Below are positions 36,944 through 46,856 of a DNA stretch of 64,000 nucleotides, in pieces. A program made the translations under genes and the position numbers. A model generated the notes under the pieces. That model did not search any database, had not been told where the DNA came from, and worked only from the letters and a program-made list of their open reading frames with translations. Origin of the DNA: Eubacteriales bacterium (GTDB lineage Bacteria > Bacillota > Clostridia > Oscillospirales > CAG-272); NCBI GenBank assembly GCA_045660185.1, contig JAZRDI010000021.1:8870-72869 (forward strand). The letters are read 5' to 3'. Positions within the stretch are counted from its first letter, which is position 1; each line of letters begins with the position of its first letter.

Positions 36944-37849
36944 TTATAAAACTCCTTTAAGGAAGTTTATAACGTTTTCACCTGCAATTTTTTCAACAAT
37001 GCGGGTAGGATAGCGCGAGAGGAGGAGGTCTATCACTTGGTCGTGGATAGAGGACTCGGTGTTTATTCCGAGGGGATATTTGCCGTCGGTGCCGTCAATG
37101 TCAAAGCCAAACGAGAGGGAGTTCTCGTCAAAATGCTCGAGGTGGTACTCAACATGAGGAATGATATCCTCTATATGAGCGTTTTCGCTTTTCACAAAAT
37201 CGGGATAAAGATTAAGTCCGATAACACCACCGCGATTTACGATTTTTTTTGCCATATCGTATGTGAGATTGCGCTTGTGCGGGCAGACGTCGCGGAAGTT
37301 GGAATGCGTTGCAATGACTGGCATGGGATAGTGATTTAAAAGGTCGTAAAAGCTCTTATCTGAAAGATGCGAAACGTCAACTGTGATACCAAGCTCGGCG
37401 CAACGGCGCGCCATTCTTATGCCCTCGTCAGTGAGTCCTGTGTCGTTTTCGTCATTCGCGCCTGCGGCAAGCTCGTTTGAGTCCCAGGCGAAGCCCATAA
37501 TGCGAAGCCCGGCTTTGTAAAGGGTGAAAAGCTCGTCGGAGTCGGCAAGCAGGCCACCACCACCTTCAAGGGTGAACATTGCGGAGGGCAGAGAATTGTC
37601 CGTCGCGTAGCAAAGTCCTCTGACGTCCTCAACTTTTATAAGTCCAAGTCTTTCGCATTCGTATGCATAGACGTTGAGAAAATGCATTACTTCCTTTTTG
37701 CGCGTTTCCAAGGAGCGCGCTTTGAATGGCGTGAACGCCGCAAAAAACTGCAAGAATGGGTGCTTTTTTGAGGTGTTGTATTCGCTTATAAGTCCGTTTT
37801 CGGCATTGACGGTCAAAAGACTGTCCGAATGCATATCCGCTACGTACAT
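36944..37849 (-). CDS. Membrane dipeptidase family (M19) protein
   Basis: DMHSD, LEG, DVSH, ATHSN and GFDIDG. Confidence 0.88.
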   Translation of the reverse strand: MYVADMHSDSLLTVNAENGLISEYNTSKKHPFLQFFAAFTPFKARSLETRKKEVMHFLNVYAYECERLGLIKVEDVRGLCYATDNSLPSAMFTLEGGGGLLADSDELFTLYKAGLRIMGFAWDSNELAAGANDENDTGLTDEGIRMARRCAELGITVDVSHLSDKSFYDLLNHYPMPVIATHSNFRDVCPHKRNLTYDMAKKIVNRGGVIGLNLYPDFVKSENAHIEDIIPHVEYHLEHFDENSLSFGFDIDGTDGKYPLGINTESSIHDQVIDLLLSRYPTRIVEKIAGENVINFLKGVL

Positions 37850-37880
37850 AATTATCTCCTAACGATTGTTTCTTTTATTT

Positions 37881-38004
37881 ATTTTATACTATTTCCGCAA
37901 ATTTGTCAATCTTTGAAAAGATAATAACTGTACGTAATTATTTTGACAAATGCCTTAAAAAGAGAAAAAGAAGTATTGACAAATCGCTAAAATAAATATA
38001 TAAT
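37881..38004. promoter_or_regulatory. Divergent sigma-A promoters
   Basis: Minus strand TTGACA-17-TAAAAT (37909-37881); plus strand TTGACA-17-TATAAT (37976-38004). Confidence 0.75.
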
Positions 38005-38073
38005 ATATGCATATACTTTATTTTATAAAAGCACTTTTAAAAATATGATAATATTCCTTGGGAGGATTTAAAA

Positions 38074-38562
38074 ATGGACGCAATTGATAGAAAAATACTT
38101 AAGCTTCTTGAAAAGAACGCGAGAATGGAAAACGCAGATATAGCTACGGTTTTGGATATTACAGATGACGAGGTCGCGTGCAGAATTACCGCGCTTGAAA
38201 AGTCGGGCGTGATTTGCGGATATAAGAGTGTTATAGATTGGGAGAAGGTTGATACCGATAGCGTTAGTGCTATGATAGAGCTTAAGGTTACGCCTAAAGC
38301 GGGATTCGGCTTCGAAGAGGTTGCGGCAAGGGTTGCAAAATATCCCGAGGTTGAATCGGTTTATCTTATGTCGGGTGGATATGATCTTAACGTTATAGTG
38401 AAGGGAAGAACCTTCCACGAGGTTTCAAACTTCGTTTCGCGCGAGCTTGCAATGATAGATTCCGTTACCTCGACGGGTACGCAGTTCGTTATGAGAAGAT
38501 ATAAGGAATATAACGTTGAGCTTATTGGAGATGAGGACGAAAGGGGTAATATTTCTTTATGA
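38074..38562 (+). CDS. Lrp/AsnC family transcriptional regulator
   Basis: N-terminal HTH (LEKNAR..IA..L) and MSGGYDL. Confidence 0.92.
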   Translation: MDAIDRKILKLLEKNARMENADIATVLDITDDEVACRITALEKSGVICGYKSVIDWEKVDTDSVSAMIELKVTPKAGFGFEEVAARVAKYPEVESVYLMSGGYDLNVIVKGRTFHEVSNFVSRELAMIDSVTSTGTQFVMRRYKEYNVELIGDEDERGNISL

Positions 38563-39743
38563 TAGATTATTCCAAGGTTTTATCGGGCGTTGTTCGTGAG
38601 ATGAAGCCGTCGGGGATACGTAAATTCTTTGACATTGCTAACACGATGGAAGACGTTATTTCCCTCGGTGTCGGAGAGCCCGATTTCAGAACTCCCTGGC
38701 AGGTTAGATCCGCAGGCATACGTTCGCTTGAAAACGGCGCAACGAGATACACCTCAAACAGAGGTCTTGAGCCTCTTCGCGATGAAATTTCAAATTACGT
38801 TGAGCGTAAATACGGCGTCAAATATGATGCCAAGGACGAAATTCTCGTTACCGTTGGCGGCAGCGAGGCTATAGACGGCGCAATCAGAGCCATAACAGAG
38901 CCGGGCGATGAGATTATTATTCCCCAGCCGAGCTACGTTTGCTACGAGCCTATAGTAAGGCTTGCGGGCGGCGTTCCCGTTATAATAAATACCAAGGCGG
39001 AAAATGACTTTAAATTAACACGCTCCGAGCTTCTTGAGGTTATGAGCGAGAAAACTAAAGCCATAATTTTGCCGTATCCCTGCAACCCCACAGGCGCGAT
39101 TATGGAGTACGAGGACATTCTCGCAATCTCCGAAACGATAAAGGATACCAATATAATCGTAATTTCCGACGAGATATACGCAGAATTGACGTACGGCGGT
39201 AAAAAGCACGTTAGCGCGCCAAGCGTTCCCGGTATGAAGGAGAGGACGATTCTTATAAACGGATTCTCAAAAGCATTTGCTATGACGGGGTGGCGACTTG
39301 GCTATGCCTGCGGACCGTGTGAAATTATGAACATGATAACGAAGATACATCAGTATGCTATCATGTGCGCTCCAACAACGTCGCAGTATGCTGCCATTGA
39401 GGCGCTTCGCAATTGTGATTCCGAGGTTGAGAAGATGCTCGAAGAGTATGATATGAGAAGAAAAATCATAGTTTCGGGCTTTAATAAGATAGGACTCGAA
39501 TGCCGTGAGCCGAAAGGCGCGTTCTATGCATTCCCGTGTATCAAGAGTACGGGGCTTAAGAGCGAGGAATTCTGCGAAAGGCTTCTTGAGTCAAAACACG
39601 TTGCCGTTGTTCCCGGAACTGCGTTCGGAGAATCGGGCGAAGGTTTCGTTCGAACCTCTTATTGTTATTCCACCGCTCATATAAAAGAAGCTCTCAAAAG
39701 AATTGAAAGCTTCCTCGAAGAATTGAAGGCGGAAAAGAAATAA
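38559..39743 (+). CDS. Class I/II PLP-dependent aminotransferase
   Basis: GEPDF, NPTG, SDEIY and SKAFAMTGWRLG. Confidence 0.93.
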   Translation: MIDYSKVLSGVVREMKPSGIRKFFDIANTMEDVISLGVGEPDFRTPWQVRSAGIRSLENGATRYTSNRGLEPLRDEISNYVERKYGVKYDAKDEILVTVGGSEAIDGAIRAITEPGDEIIIPQPSYVCYEPIVRLAGGVPVIINTKAENDFKLTRSELLEVMSEKTKAIILPYPCNPTGAIMEYEDILAISETIKDTNIIVISDEIYAELTYGGKKHVSAPSVPGMKERTILINGFSKAFAMTGWRLGYACGPCEIMNMITKIHQYAIMCAPTTSQYAAIEALRNCDSEVEKMLEEYDMRRKIIVSGFNKIGLECREPKGAFYAFPCIKSTGLKSEEFCERLLESKHVAVVPGTAFGESGEGFVRTSYCYSTAHIKEALKRIESFLEELKAEKK

Positions 39744-39771
39744 AATTTTGATAATGCAAACAATTATATAC

Positions 39772-39800
39772 AAAAAGCGGTGTTTTTAGCACCGCTTTTT
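39772..39800. terminator. Bidirectional terminator
   Basis: aaaaagcggtg-tttttag-caccgcttttt between convergent genes. Confidence 0.8.
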
Positions 39801-39818
39801 AATTATTGTTATTTGTAA

Positions 39819-40988
39819 TTAAAGGCTTTTGAGGGTTTCCATTACGTAGTTTCCGAAGTCCTCGCAGGTTGCTCCGGTATCTCTTCCTGTGATGGTGAGC
39901 TTCTTTTCTTCGAAGGAGCAGATGTCAAGCGCTCTTTCGAGCTTTGCCGCATACTCTCCGTAGCCGATGTGGTTAAGGAGCATTACGCACGCGCGGAGCA
40001 TTGAGCAGGGGTCTGCGTAAATAGCTCTGCCTTCGCGCACCATTCTCGGGGCAGAGCCGTGAATGGCCTCGAACATTGCGTATTTTTTACCGATATTAGC
40101 GCATCCCGCGGTACCTACGCCGCCCTGGAATTCGGCAGCCTCGTCGGAGATTATATCGCCGTAAAGGTTGGGAAGAAGAAGCACCTGGAAGTCGCGTCTG
40201 CGCTTCTTGTCAACGAGCTTTGCCGTCATAATATCCGCGTACCACTCGTCAGTGGTGATTTCGGGATAGAGGTCTGCAACCTTGTGGCAATCCTCGAGGA
40301 AGTTTCCGTCTGTGGTTTTGATAACGTTCGCTTTGGTAACGAGCGAAACTCTCGTCATATTGTTCTTTCTTGCAAAATCGTATGCGAGGCGGGCAATTCT
40401 GTCAGAGCCCTGCTTGGTAGTGATGGTAAAGTCAACCGCGAGGTCCTCAGTAACGTTGAAGCCCGAAGAGCCTACCGCGTAGCCACCCTCGGTGTTTTCG
40501 CGGAAGATTACCCAGTTTATTCCTTCCTCAGGAACTTTAACGGGGCGAATGTTCGCAAAGAGGTCAAGCGCCTTTCTCATAGCAACGTTTGCCGATTCAA
40601 TGTTGGGCATACCGTCGCCCTTTTGGGGAGTGGTTGTAGGTCCTTTAAGGATAACGTCGCAAGCTTTGAGCTTTTCCATAACGTCATCGGGGATTGCTTT
40701 TCCTACTGCGATTCTGTTTTCTATGGTGAGTCCGTCAATGGTGATGAATTTTATGCGTCCTTCGGCTTCTTCCTTTTGAAGAATGAACTTCAAAACGCGC
40801 TCCGCTTCACTCGAAATTGTAGGGCCTATGCCGTCACCGCCGCAGATACCGATTTTTATCGTATCGAGTGATGCGTAGTCGGTGAAATCGCCCTGGGACT
40901 TCATATCTTCAACTCTTACGAGCTGCTTTTCAAGAATTTTTCTGAATTTTTCACAAGCTAAATCAAGCTCTTTTTCATAACCGCTCAT
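39819..40988 (-). CDS. Isocitrate dehydrogenase (isocitrate/isopropylmalate dehydrogenase family)
   Basis: GDGIG, KGPTTTP, RENTEG, KANV, NLYGDI and FEAIHGSAP; operon with aconitase. Confidence 0.88.
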   Translation of the reverse strand: MSGYEKELDLACEKFRKILEKQLVRVEDMKSQGDFTDYASLDTIKIGICGGDGIGPTISSEAERVLKFILQKEEAEGRIKFITIDGLTIENRIAVGKAIPDDVMEKLKACDVILKGPTTTPQKGDGMPNIESANVAMRKALDLFANIRPVKVPEEGINWVIFRENTEGGYAVGSSGFNVTEDLAVDFTITTKQGSDRIARLAYDFARKNNMTRVSLVTKANVIKTTDGNFLEDCHKVADLYPEITTDEWYADIMTAKLVDKKRRRDFQVLLLPNLYGDIISDEAAEFQGGVGTAGCANIGKKYAMFEAIHGSAPRMVREGRAIYADPCSMLRACVMLLNHIGYGEYAAKLERALDICSFEEKKLTITGRDTGATCEDFGNYVMETLKSL

Positions 40989-41033
40989 TTTTATTTCCTC
41001 TTTTGTAATGTAAATTAGTTTGTAAGTGTATAG

Positions 41034-42959
41034 TTATGCATTTTCCTTCGTGTAGTTGAGGAGTCCGCCTGCGAGAAGAATTTTTCTCTGTCTTTCGGTG
41101 AGGTTGAGAAGAAGCTTGATTTCTTTCTCTCCCGCCTTGAGAATTACGGAATCGCTTTCTGCGATGGCATTTTTAAAGTTGTCTATAGTTATATCTTCAT
41201 TTTCCGAGATAAGCTCGTAATCGTCGGGATTTTCGAGAGTAAAGGGAACTATGCCGAAGTTGATAAGGTTGGCAACGTGGATTCTTGCGAAGCTCTTTGC
41301 GATAACCGCTTTGATTCCGAGGTAAAGAGGAACAAGCGCCGCATGCTCACGCGATGAGCCCTGACCGTAGTTAGTACCGCCAAGAATTATACCGCCGCCC
41401 TCGCGCTTTGCGCGTTCGGGGAAGTCCGCATCGCATACGGTGAAGCAGAATTCGGAGAGCTTCGGAACGTTGGAGCGGTAGGGAAGAATTTTAGTTCCCG
41501 CCGGCATAATATGGTCGGTGGTGATGTTATCTCCAACCTTAAGTATAATTTTAGTTGCAAGATTTTCTTCGGGGGCAACGCCCTTGGGAATGGGCTTGAT
41601 ATTAGGACCTCTTTCAACAATCACGCTATCAGCTTCATCAACCGACGCGGGAAGCTCGATGAGATTATCGTTTATAAGGAAGCTTTCCGGTAAATCGATT
41701 TTGGGAGCTTTTCCGAGCGTTGTGGGGTCGGTGAATACTCCTGCGATTGCCGATGCCGCCGCAACCTCGGGTGAAACGAGATAAACGTTCGCATCCTTGG
41801 TGCCGCTGCGCGCCAAGAAGTTACGGTTGAAGGTACGTAAGCTGATTCCGCCGCTTCCGGGGGAGAAGCCCATACCAATACAAGGTCCGCAAGCGCATTC
41901 GAGGATTCTTGCGCCCGCAGAGATAAGGTCGGCAAGAGCACCGCACTTGGCAAGCATTGTGTAAACCTGCTTTGAGCCGGGAGAAATCGAAAGGCTTACG
42001 TCGGGATGAACCGTTTTTCCTTTAAGGATAGCCGCAACTGTAAGAAGATCGCGCAGAGAAGAGTTTGTGCAAGAGCCGATACATACTTGATTTATCTTCA
42101 TTCCCGCAAGCTCTTTTGCGGATTTGATATTGTCAGGTGAATGAGGACAAGCGGCAAGGGGCGCGAGCGTGTCAAGATTTATCGTGTATTCTGCATCGTA
42201 TTTTGCATCTGCATCGGAAGAGAGGGGTGTGTAATCACTCTCTCTGCCCTCCGCCTTGAGGAAGGCTCTCGTGATTTCGTCGGAGGGGAAAATGGAGGTT
42301 GTTGCGCCAAGCTCTGCTCCCATATTCGTGATGGTCGCTCTTTCGGGAACGGAAAGCGTATTCACGCCCTCGCCCGCATATTCAACGATAGCGCCTACAC
42401 CGCCCTTTACGGAAAGTAAACGGAGAACCTCGAGGATAACGTCCTTTGCGCCAACGTAGTCGCGGAGCTTGCCCTTGAGGTTGACTCTAATCATTTTGGG
42501 CATAGTAATGTAGTATGTTCCGCCGCCCATTGCAACGGCAACGTCGAGTCCGCCCGCGCCCATAGCAAGCATACCGATACCGCCCGCGGTGGGGGTGTGG
42601 CTATCCGAGCCGATAAGCGTTTTTCCGGGTACGGCAAAGCGTTCAAGATGCACCTGATGGCAAATTCCGTTTCCGGGACGGGAGAAGCGAAGTCCGTGTT
42701 TTTTTGCCACGGTCTGTATGTAACGGTGGTCATCTGCGTTCTCAAATCCCGCTTGAAGTGTGTTGTGGTCAATGTATGCTACAGAAAGCTCGGTTTTTAC
42801 TCTGTCAATCTCCATAGCTTCGAGCTGAAGATACGCCATAGTACCCGTCGCGTCCTGCGTTAATGTTTGGTCTATTCTCAATCCTATCTCGTTTCCGGTT
42901 ATCATTTCGCCCGAAACAAGATGGGATTTAATTATTTTTTCGGCAATTGTATATCCCAT
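41034..42959 (-). CDS. Aconitate hydratase
   Basis: QDATG, DSHT, GSCTN, CGPCIG, NRNF and GSSREH. Confidence 0.93.
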   Translation of the reverse strand: MGYTIAEKIIKSHLVSGEMITGNEIGLRIDQTLTQDATGTMAYLQLEAMEIDRVKTELSVAYIDHNTLQAGFENADDHRYIQTVAKKHGLRFSRPGNGICHQVHLERFAVPGKTLIGSDSHTPTAGGIGMLAMGAGGLDVAVAMGGGTYYITMPKMIRVNLKGKLRDYVGAKDVILEVLRLLSVKGGVGAIVEYAGEGVNTLSVPERATITNMGAELGATTSIFPSDEITRAFLKAEGRESDYTPLSSDADAKYDAEYTINLDTLAPLAACPHSPDNIKSAKELAGMKINQVCIGSCTNSSLRDLLTVAAILKGKTVHPDVSLSISPGSKQVYTMLAKCGALADLISAGARILECACGPCIGMGFSPGSGGISLRTFNRNFLARSGTKDANVYLVSPEVAAASAIAGVFTDPTTLGKAPKIDLPESFLINDNLIELPASVDEADSVIVERGPNIKPIPKGVAPEENLATKIILKVGDNITTDHIMPAGTKILPYRSNVPKLSEFCFTVCDADFPERAKREGGGIILGGTNYGQGSSREHAALVPLYLGIKAVIAKSFARIHVANLINFGIVPFTLENPDDYELISENEDITIDNFKNAIAESDSVILKAGEKEIKLLLNLTERQRKILLAGGLLNYTKENA

Positions 42960-42997
42960 TTGTTTTACCTCTTTTGTCGTTTTATGACAATAAATAT

Positions 42998-43654
42998 TTA
43001 CATATCGTTGATTTTGTTTTCGAAATTGAGAAAGGCTTGCTCAACGTGAACCGAGGTTAAACGCTCGGCCTCGTCAGCGTCTTCTTTTAATATTGCTTCG
43101 AGAATTTCTCTATGCTCGGAGATGGACTTCTCGGCTCTGTTTGTGTTTTTTAGTGAAAGCTTTCTGTAAGCTTTAATGTTTTTGTGTAAATCCGAGAGAA
43201 TCTTGTTTAAATGGCGCGAGCCTGAGGCTTTGAATATTGCATTGTGAAATTCCGAGTCAAGCTCTCCGCGTTTTTCGTCATCACCGCGCTTTAAGTAAAA
43301 TTCGGATAGCTCGACTATTTCGGTAAGATGAGTTTTATCTTCATCGCTCATTCTTTCCGTGGCGAGTCTTGCGGCAAGTCCTTCAAGGCGCATACGAACG
43401 GCGTATATATCCTTTATATCCTCACGCGTTATACCTATAACGGTAGCGCCGCGGTTTGCGGATAACTCGACGAGTCCCTCTTCCGAAAGTCTATGAAGGG
43501 CGGCGCGAATTGGTGTTCGGCTTACGTTGAGTCTTGCTGAAAGCGCAACCTCGCGTAATTGCTCTCCGTCTTTAAGCTTTCCTGTAAGTATTTCCTCTTC
43601 AAGAAGTAGGTAAACCTTTTCCTCTAAAGAAATAGAATTGATATTGACCGTCAT
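42998..43654 (-). CDS. GntR (FadR/FCD) family regulator
   Basis: VSRTPIRAAL HTH; D..FH and EH..I FCD motifs. Confidence 0.92.
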   Translation of the reverse strand: MTVNINSISLEEKVYLLLEEEILTGKLKDGEQLREVALSARLNVSRTPIRAALHRLSEEGLVELSANRGATVIGITREDIKDIYAVRMRLEGLAARLATERMSDEDKTHLTEIVELSEFYLKRGDDEKRGELDSEFHNAIFKASGSRHLNKILSDLHKNIKAYRKLSLKNTNRAEKSISEHREILEAILKEDADEAERLTSVHVEQAFLNFENKINDM

Positions 43655-43664
43655 TTGCTTATCC

Positions 43665-45047
43665 TCAATATCTGCTTTTCTTGAATATCCCGTTTGACGC
43701 GCGCTCTGCTATTTCTTCGAGCTCGTCGTCGCCCATTATTGTGGTACGTCCGTCGGCGTAAGCCTTGTCGATTTCTTCCTTCATAATGGAGATAACCGCA
43801 TCCTGCTTGGTGAGCATTGCATCGCCCATAAGGTGATAGTGGTTGTTCATCCAATAAGCGATACCTGCAAGACCGGACGTGTTGGTAATGGACACCTCTG
43901 CGGGACGTGCGAGAATTTTTTCTGTATCGAATATGTTGTAAATTTCAGCATCCTTCATAAGACCGTCGGCGTGTATTCCCGCGCGAGTCAGATTGAATGA
44001 CGAGCCGACGAATGGAGTCATCGGCGGAATATCGTAGTTAAGCTCGGTCTTGTAGTAATTTGCAATCTCGGTGATTACCGTGGGGTCCATGCCGTCAAAC
44101 GTACCCATAAGAGAAGCGTATTCGATCACCATTGCCTCAAGAGGAATGTTTCCGGTTCTTTCGCCTATGCCAAGAAGCGAACAGTTAACGCTCGATGCAC
44201 CGTGAAGCCACGCTGTAGTTGCGTTTGCAACCGCCTTGTAGAAGTCGTTATGTCCGTGCCATTCAAGCATTTCTGAGGTAACGTCGGAATAGTGGTGCAA
44301 ACCGTAAACTATACCCGGAACGCTTCGCGGAAGCGCTACACCCGAGAAGGGAACTCCGTATCCGAGAGTGTCGCACATACGGATTCTTATCGGTATTCCA
44401 GATTCCTTCGAAAGTTCGGTAAGCTCGTTTACGAAGGGAACTACGAAGCCGTAGAAATCGGCTCTCGTTATGTCTTCAAGGTGGCATCTCGGACGTATGC
44501 CTGCGTCAAACGCTTGCTTGATAACGCTCAAATAATGATTAAGTGCCTCCGAACGCGTCATGTGTAATTTTTTAAATATGTGATAGTCGGAGCAGGAAAC
44601 CAAAATACCCGTTTCCTTAATTCCGATATCCTTGGCGAGAGCAAAGTCTTCTTTTTTTGCTCTTATCCAGGTGGTTATTTCGGGGAACTTGTAACCAAGC
44701 TCCATGCACTCGTAAATAGCGCGTCTATCTTTCTCGGTATAGACGAAGAACTCACTCTGGCGAACCAAGCCCTTTGGACCTCCGAGTCTTGCAAGCATTT
44801 TGTAGAGGTCTACTATTTGCTTCGTCGTATAAGGAGCGCGGGACTGCTGACCGTCACGGAATGTGGTGTCTGTCATCCAAATTTCTTCGGGCATATTGAG
44901 GGGAACTCGTCTATGGTTGAACGCGATTTTTGGAATCTCGTCATAGGGATAAACGTCGCGGTATAAATTAGGCTCTGCAACGTCCTGGAGCGAGTACTTA
45001 TATTGCGACTGCTCAAGAAGATTGCTGGCGGGATTTTTTAAAAGCAT
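43665..45047 (-). CDS. Re-citrate synthase (DRE-TIM, 2-isopropylmalate synthase family)
   Basis: DTTFRDGQQ, HGHND and GERTGN; heads the aconitase/IDH operon. Confidence 0.85.
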   Translation of the reverse strand: MLLKNPASNLLEQSQYKYSLQDVAEPNLYRDVYPYDEIPKIAFNHRRVPLNMPEEIWMTDTTFRDGQQSRAPYTTKQIVDLYKMLARLGGPKGLVRQSEFFVYTEKDRRAIYECMELGYKFPEITTWIRAKKEDFALAKDIGIKETGILVSCSDYHIFKKLHMTRSEALNHYLSVIKQAFDAGIRPRCHLEDITRADFYGFVVPFVNELTELSKESGIPIRIRMCDTLGYGVPFSGVALPRSVPGIVYGLHHYSDVTSEMLEWHGHNDFYKAVANATTAWLHGASSVNCSLLGIGERTGNIPLEAMVIEYASLMGTFDGMDPTVITEIANYYKTELNYDIPPMTPFVGSSFNLTRAGIHADGLMKDAEIYNIFDTEKILARPAEVSITNTSGLAGIAYWMNNHYHLMGDAMLTKQDAVISIMKEEIDKAYADGRTTIMGDDELEEIAERASNGIFKKSRY

Positions 45048-45080
45048 ATATTTTTGCTCCTTTTGAATAGAGTATTTTAA

Positions 45081-45149
45081 TTGTCAACAAAATTGTATAC
45101 AAGAATACAATTGTGAAATCATTATACACTAAATAAATTAATTTGTCAA
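45081..45149 (-). promoter_or_regulatory. Consensus promoter with downstream GntR-type operator
   Basis: TTGACA-17-TATAAT (45149-45121); palindrome TTGTATACAA 45093-45102 and near-copy TTGTCAACAA 45081-45090. Confidence 0.75.
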
Positions 45150-45254
45150 GTTCTTTAGTAAAACAAATTGAAAAAATAAAAAAATATTTTCAACTTAAAT
45201 TCATCGATGATATTAAATTAATATTGATATAAAATTTTATTATGTGAGCGGTGC

Positions 45255-46595
45255 TTATTCGGTTAGATTTTTTGCCCATTTGAATTTATTGATTTTAATA
45301 AATGCCGGTATGCATTTCAGTATTTGGTCGGATTTCAGTGCTAAAAACACAAGCCATAATGGAGCGTTAAGCTTTAAAGTGAGCGCAGTAAATGGGATAA
45401 CAACGAGAAAAATAAAGAATGCATCGTTCTTTAAAATGAACGAAGTATCTCCTCCTGCGCGAACTATTCCCATAAGACACGCAGATTGATATGACGTACC
45501 GATAATTGTAAAAGCTAACACGGATATTAGTGTTTTTGCAAAATCCGAAGCTTCCTTGGATATATTGTATAGTGAAACAAACGGATTTTTAGTGATAAGA
45601 AGGGTAACGGAAGTGATTACGCCGAGAATGACGAACATAATCTGCGTTGTATATGCATATTCTTTGAGTTGCCGTTCATCTCCCTTACCAACCGTTTTGC
45701 CGATGATTATTCCAACGGCACTCGAAAGTCCGTTCATCACGATATAAGAAAGAGAGTTTAGAGTGTTTGCTACCGAAAGCCCCGTTATGACGGAGGCGGA
45801 GTCGAACGAGGAAAAAACAAATGAAGAAAATAGTGTATTTATAATCCATATAATTTGACCTAAAAGTATGGGAGAGGTGTACCAAAAGAAGTCTAAAGCG
45901 ATTTTTTTATCAAATACCGGTAAGTCACAAAGCTTGAATTTTATTTTTTTATCCTTAAACAAAAGATATAAAACAAGGATGGAAAGCTCGCCTGCGCGAG
46001 CGACAATTGTAGCAATTGAAGCACCATTAACTCCTAATTTTGTAAATCCAAGTTTACCAAAAACGAGCAAAATATCTAATGCGAGGTTTATAACGAAGGC
46101 TGTAAAGGATGCGAATGTAGCTATTTTCGGCGACTCCACTCCGCGCAAGGCAGAGCTTATAGCTCCCGAAAACGCAAAAAGAGGAAACGAGAATGATAAC
46201 GTTTTTAGGTATGAGGCAGAGTCTTTTGTGTTTTCAACGAGTAAGCTTGATATTTTATCGGGCATAAAAAAAGAAAGCGCAAAGGCAACGATGCCAACGG
46301 AGAAAATAAGACCCGTTCCCAAAGAAAAAATTCTTTTAATCGGAGCTATTTCTCCTTTGCCCCAATATTGTGATATTCCAACTGTTACGCCGCCTTCGAT
46401 TCCGGAAATGAACATTTGAAGCGTTGTGGCGACGAGTCCTCCTGCGAAAACTGCCGACGTGGCTTCGTCACCCATTTTGCCAACGACGATGCTGTCCGTA
46501 AGCGTGATAAGAAAGGTTACGAGATTACCAAGCGCCATAGGCAAGCATAGAGATTTCAGAGAAGAGTAAAAGCTCTTATCCTTTGTGAAAATCAT
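45255..46595 (-). CDS. MATE family efflux transporter
   Basis: About 12 TM segments; D..VGKMG, SQYWG and GVNGASIAT motifs. Confidence 0.88.
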   Translation of the reverse strand: MIFTKDKSFYSSLKSLCLPMALGNLVTFLITLTDSIVVGKMGDEATSAVFAGGLVATTLQMFISGIEGGVTVGISQYWGKGEIAPIKRIFSLGTGLIFSVGIVAFALSFFMPDKISSLLVENTKDSASYLKTLSFSFPLFAFSGAISSALRGVESPKIATFASFTAFVINLALDILLVFGKLGFTKLGVNGASIATIVARAGELSILVLYLLFKDKKIKFKLCDLPVFDKKIALDFFWYTSPILLGQIIWIINTLFSSFVFSSFDSASVITGLSVANTLNSLSYIVMNGLSSAVGIIIGKTVGKGDERQLKEYAYTTQIMFVILGVITSVTLLITKNPFVSLYNISKEASDFAKTLISVLAFTIIGTSYQSACLMGIVRAGGDTSFILKNDAFFIFLVVIPFTALTLKLNAPLWLVFLALKSDQILKCIPAFIKINKFKWAKNLTE

Positions 46596-46856
46596 AAAAC
46601 CACCCAAAATTCTATTTTTTACTTGTATGTAAATTTTTTACCGACGGTATTGAAAACTGAGCGTATATGTGTTAGTATAGCATATAAACAAATTTCACGG
46701 TGATAATACTATAACCATTACAATTATTATATGCAAATTGATATAAGGCGACTGTTGAGAGAGGACATTTTTATGTTGCTCTCTTTTTGTTTTACTATGG
46801 GTGCGTGTGTGATTTTGCGAGTTTTATTGAATCAAATTTGCTCTTAAGGTGATATT

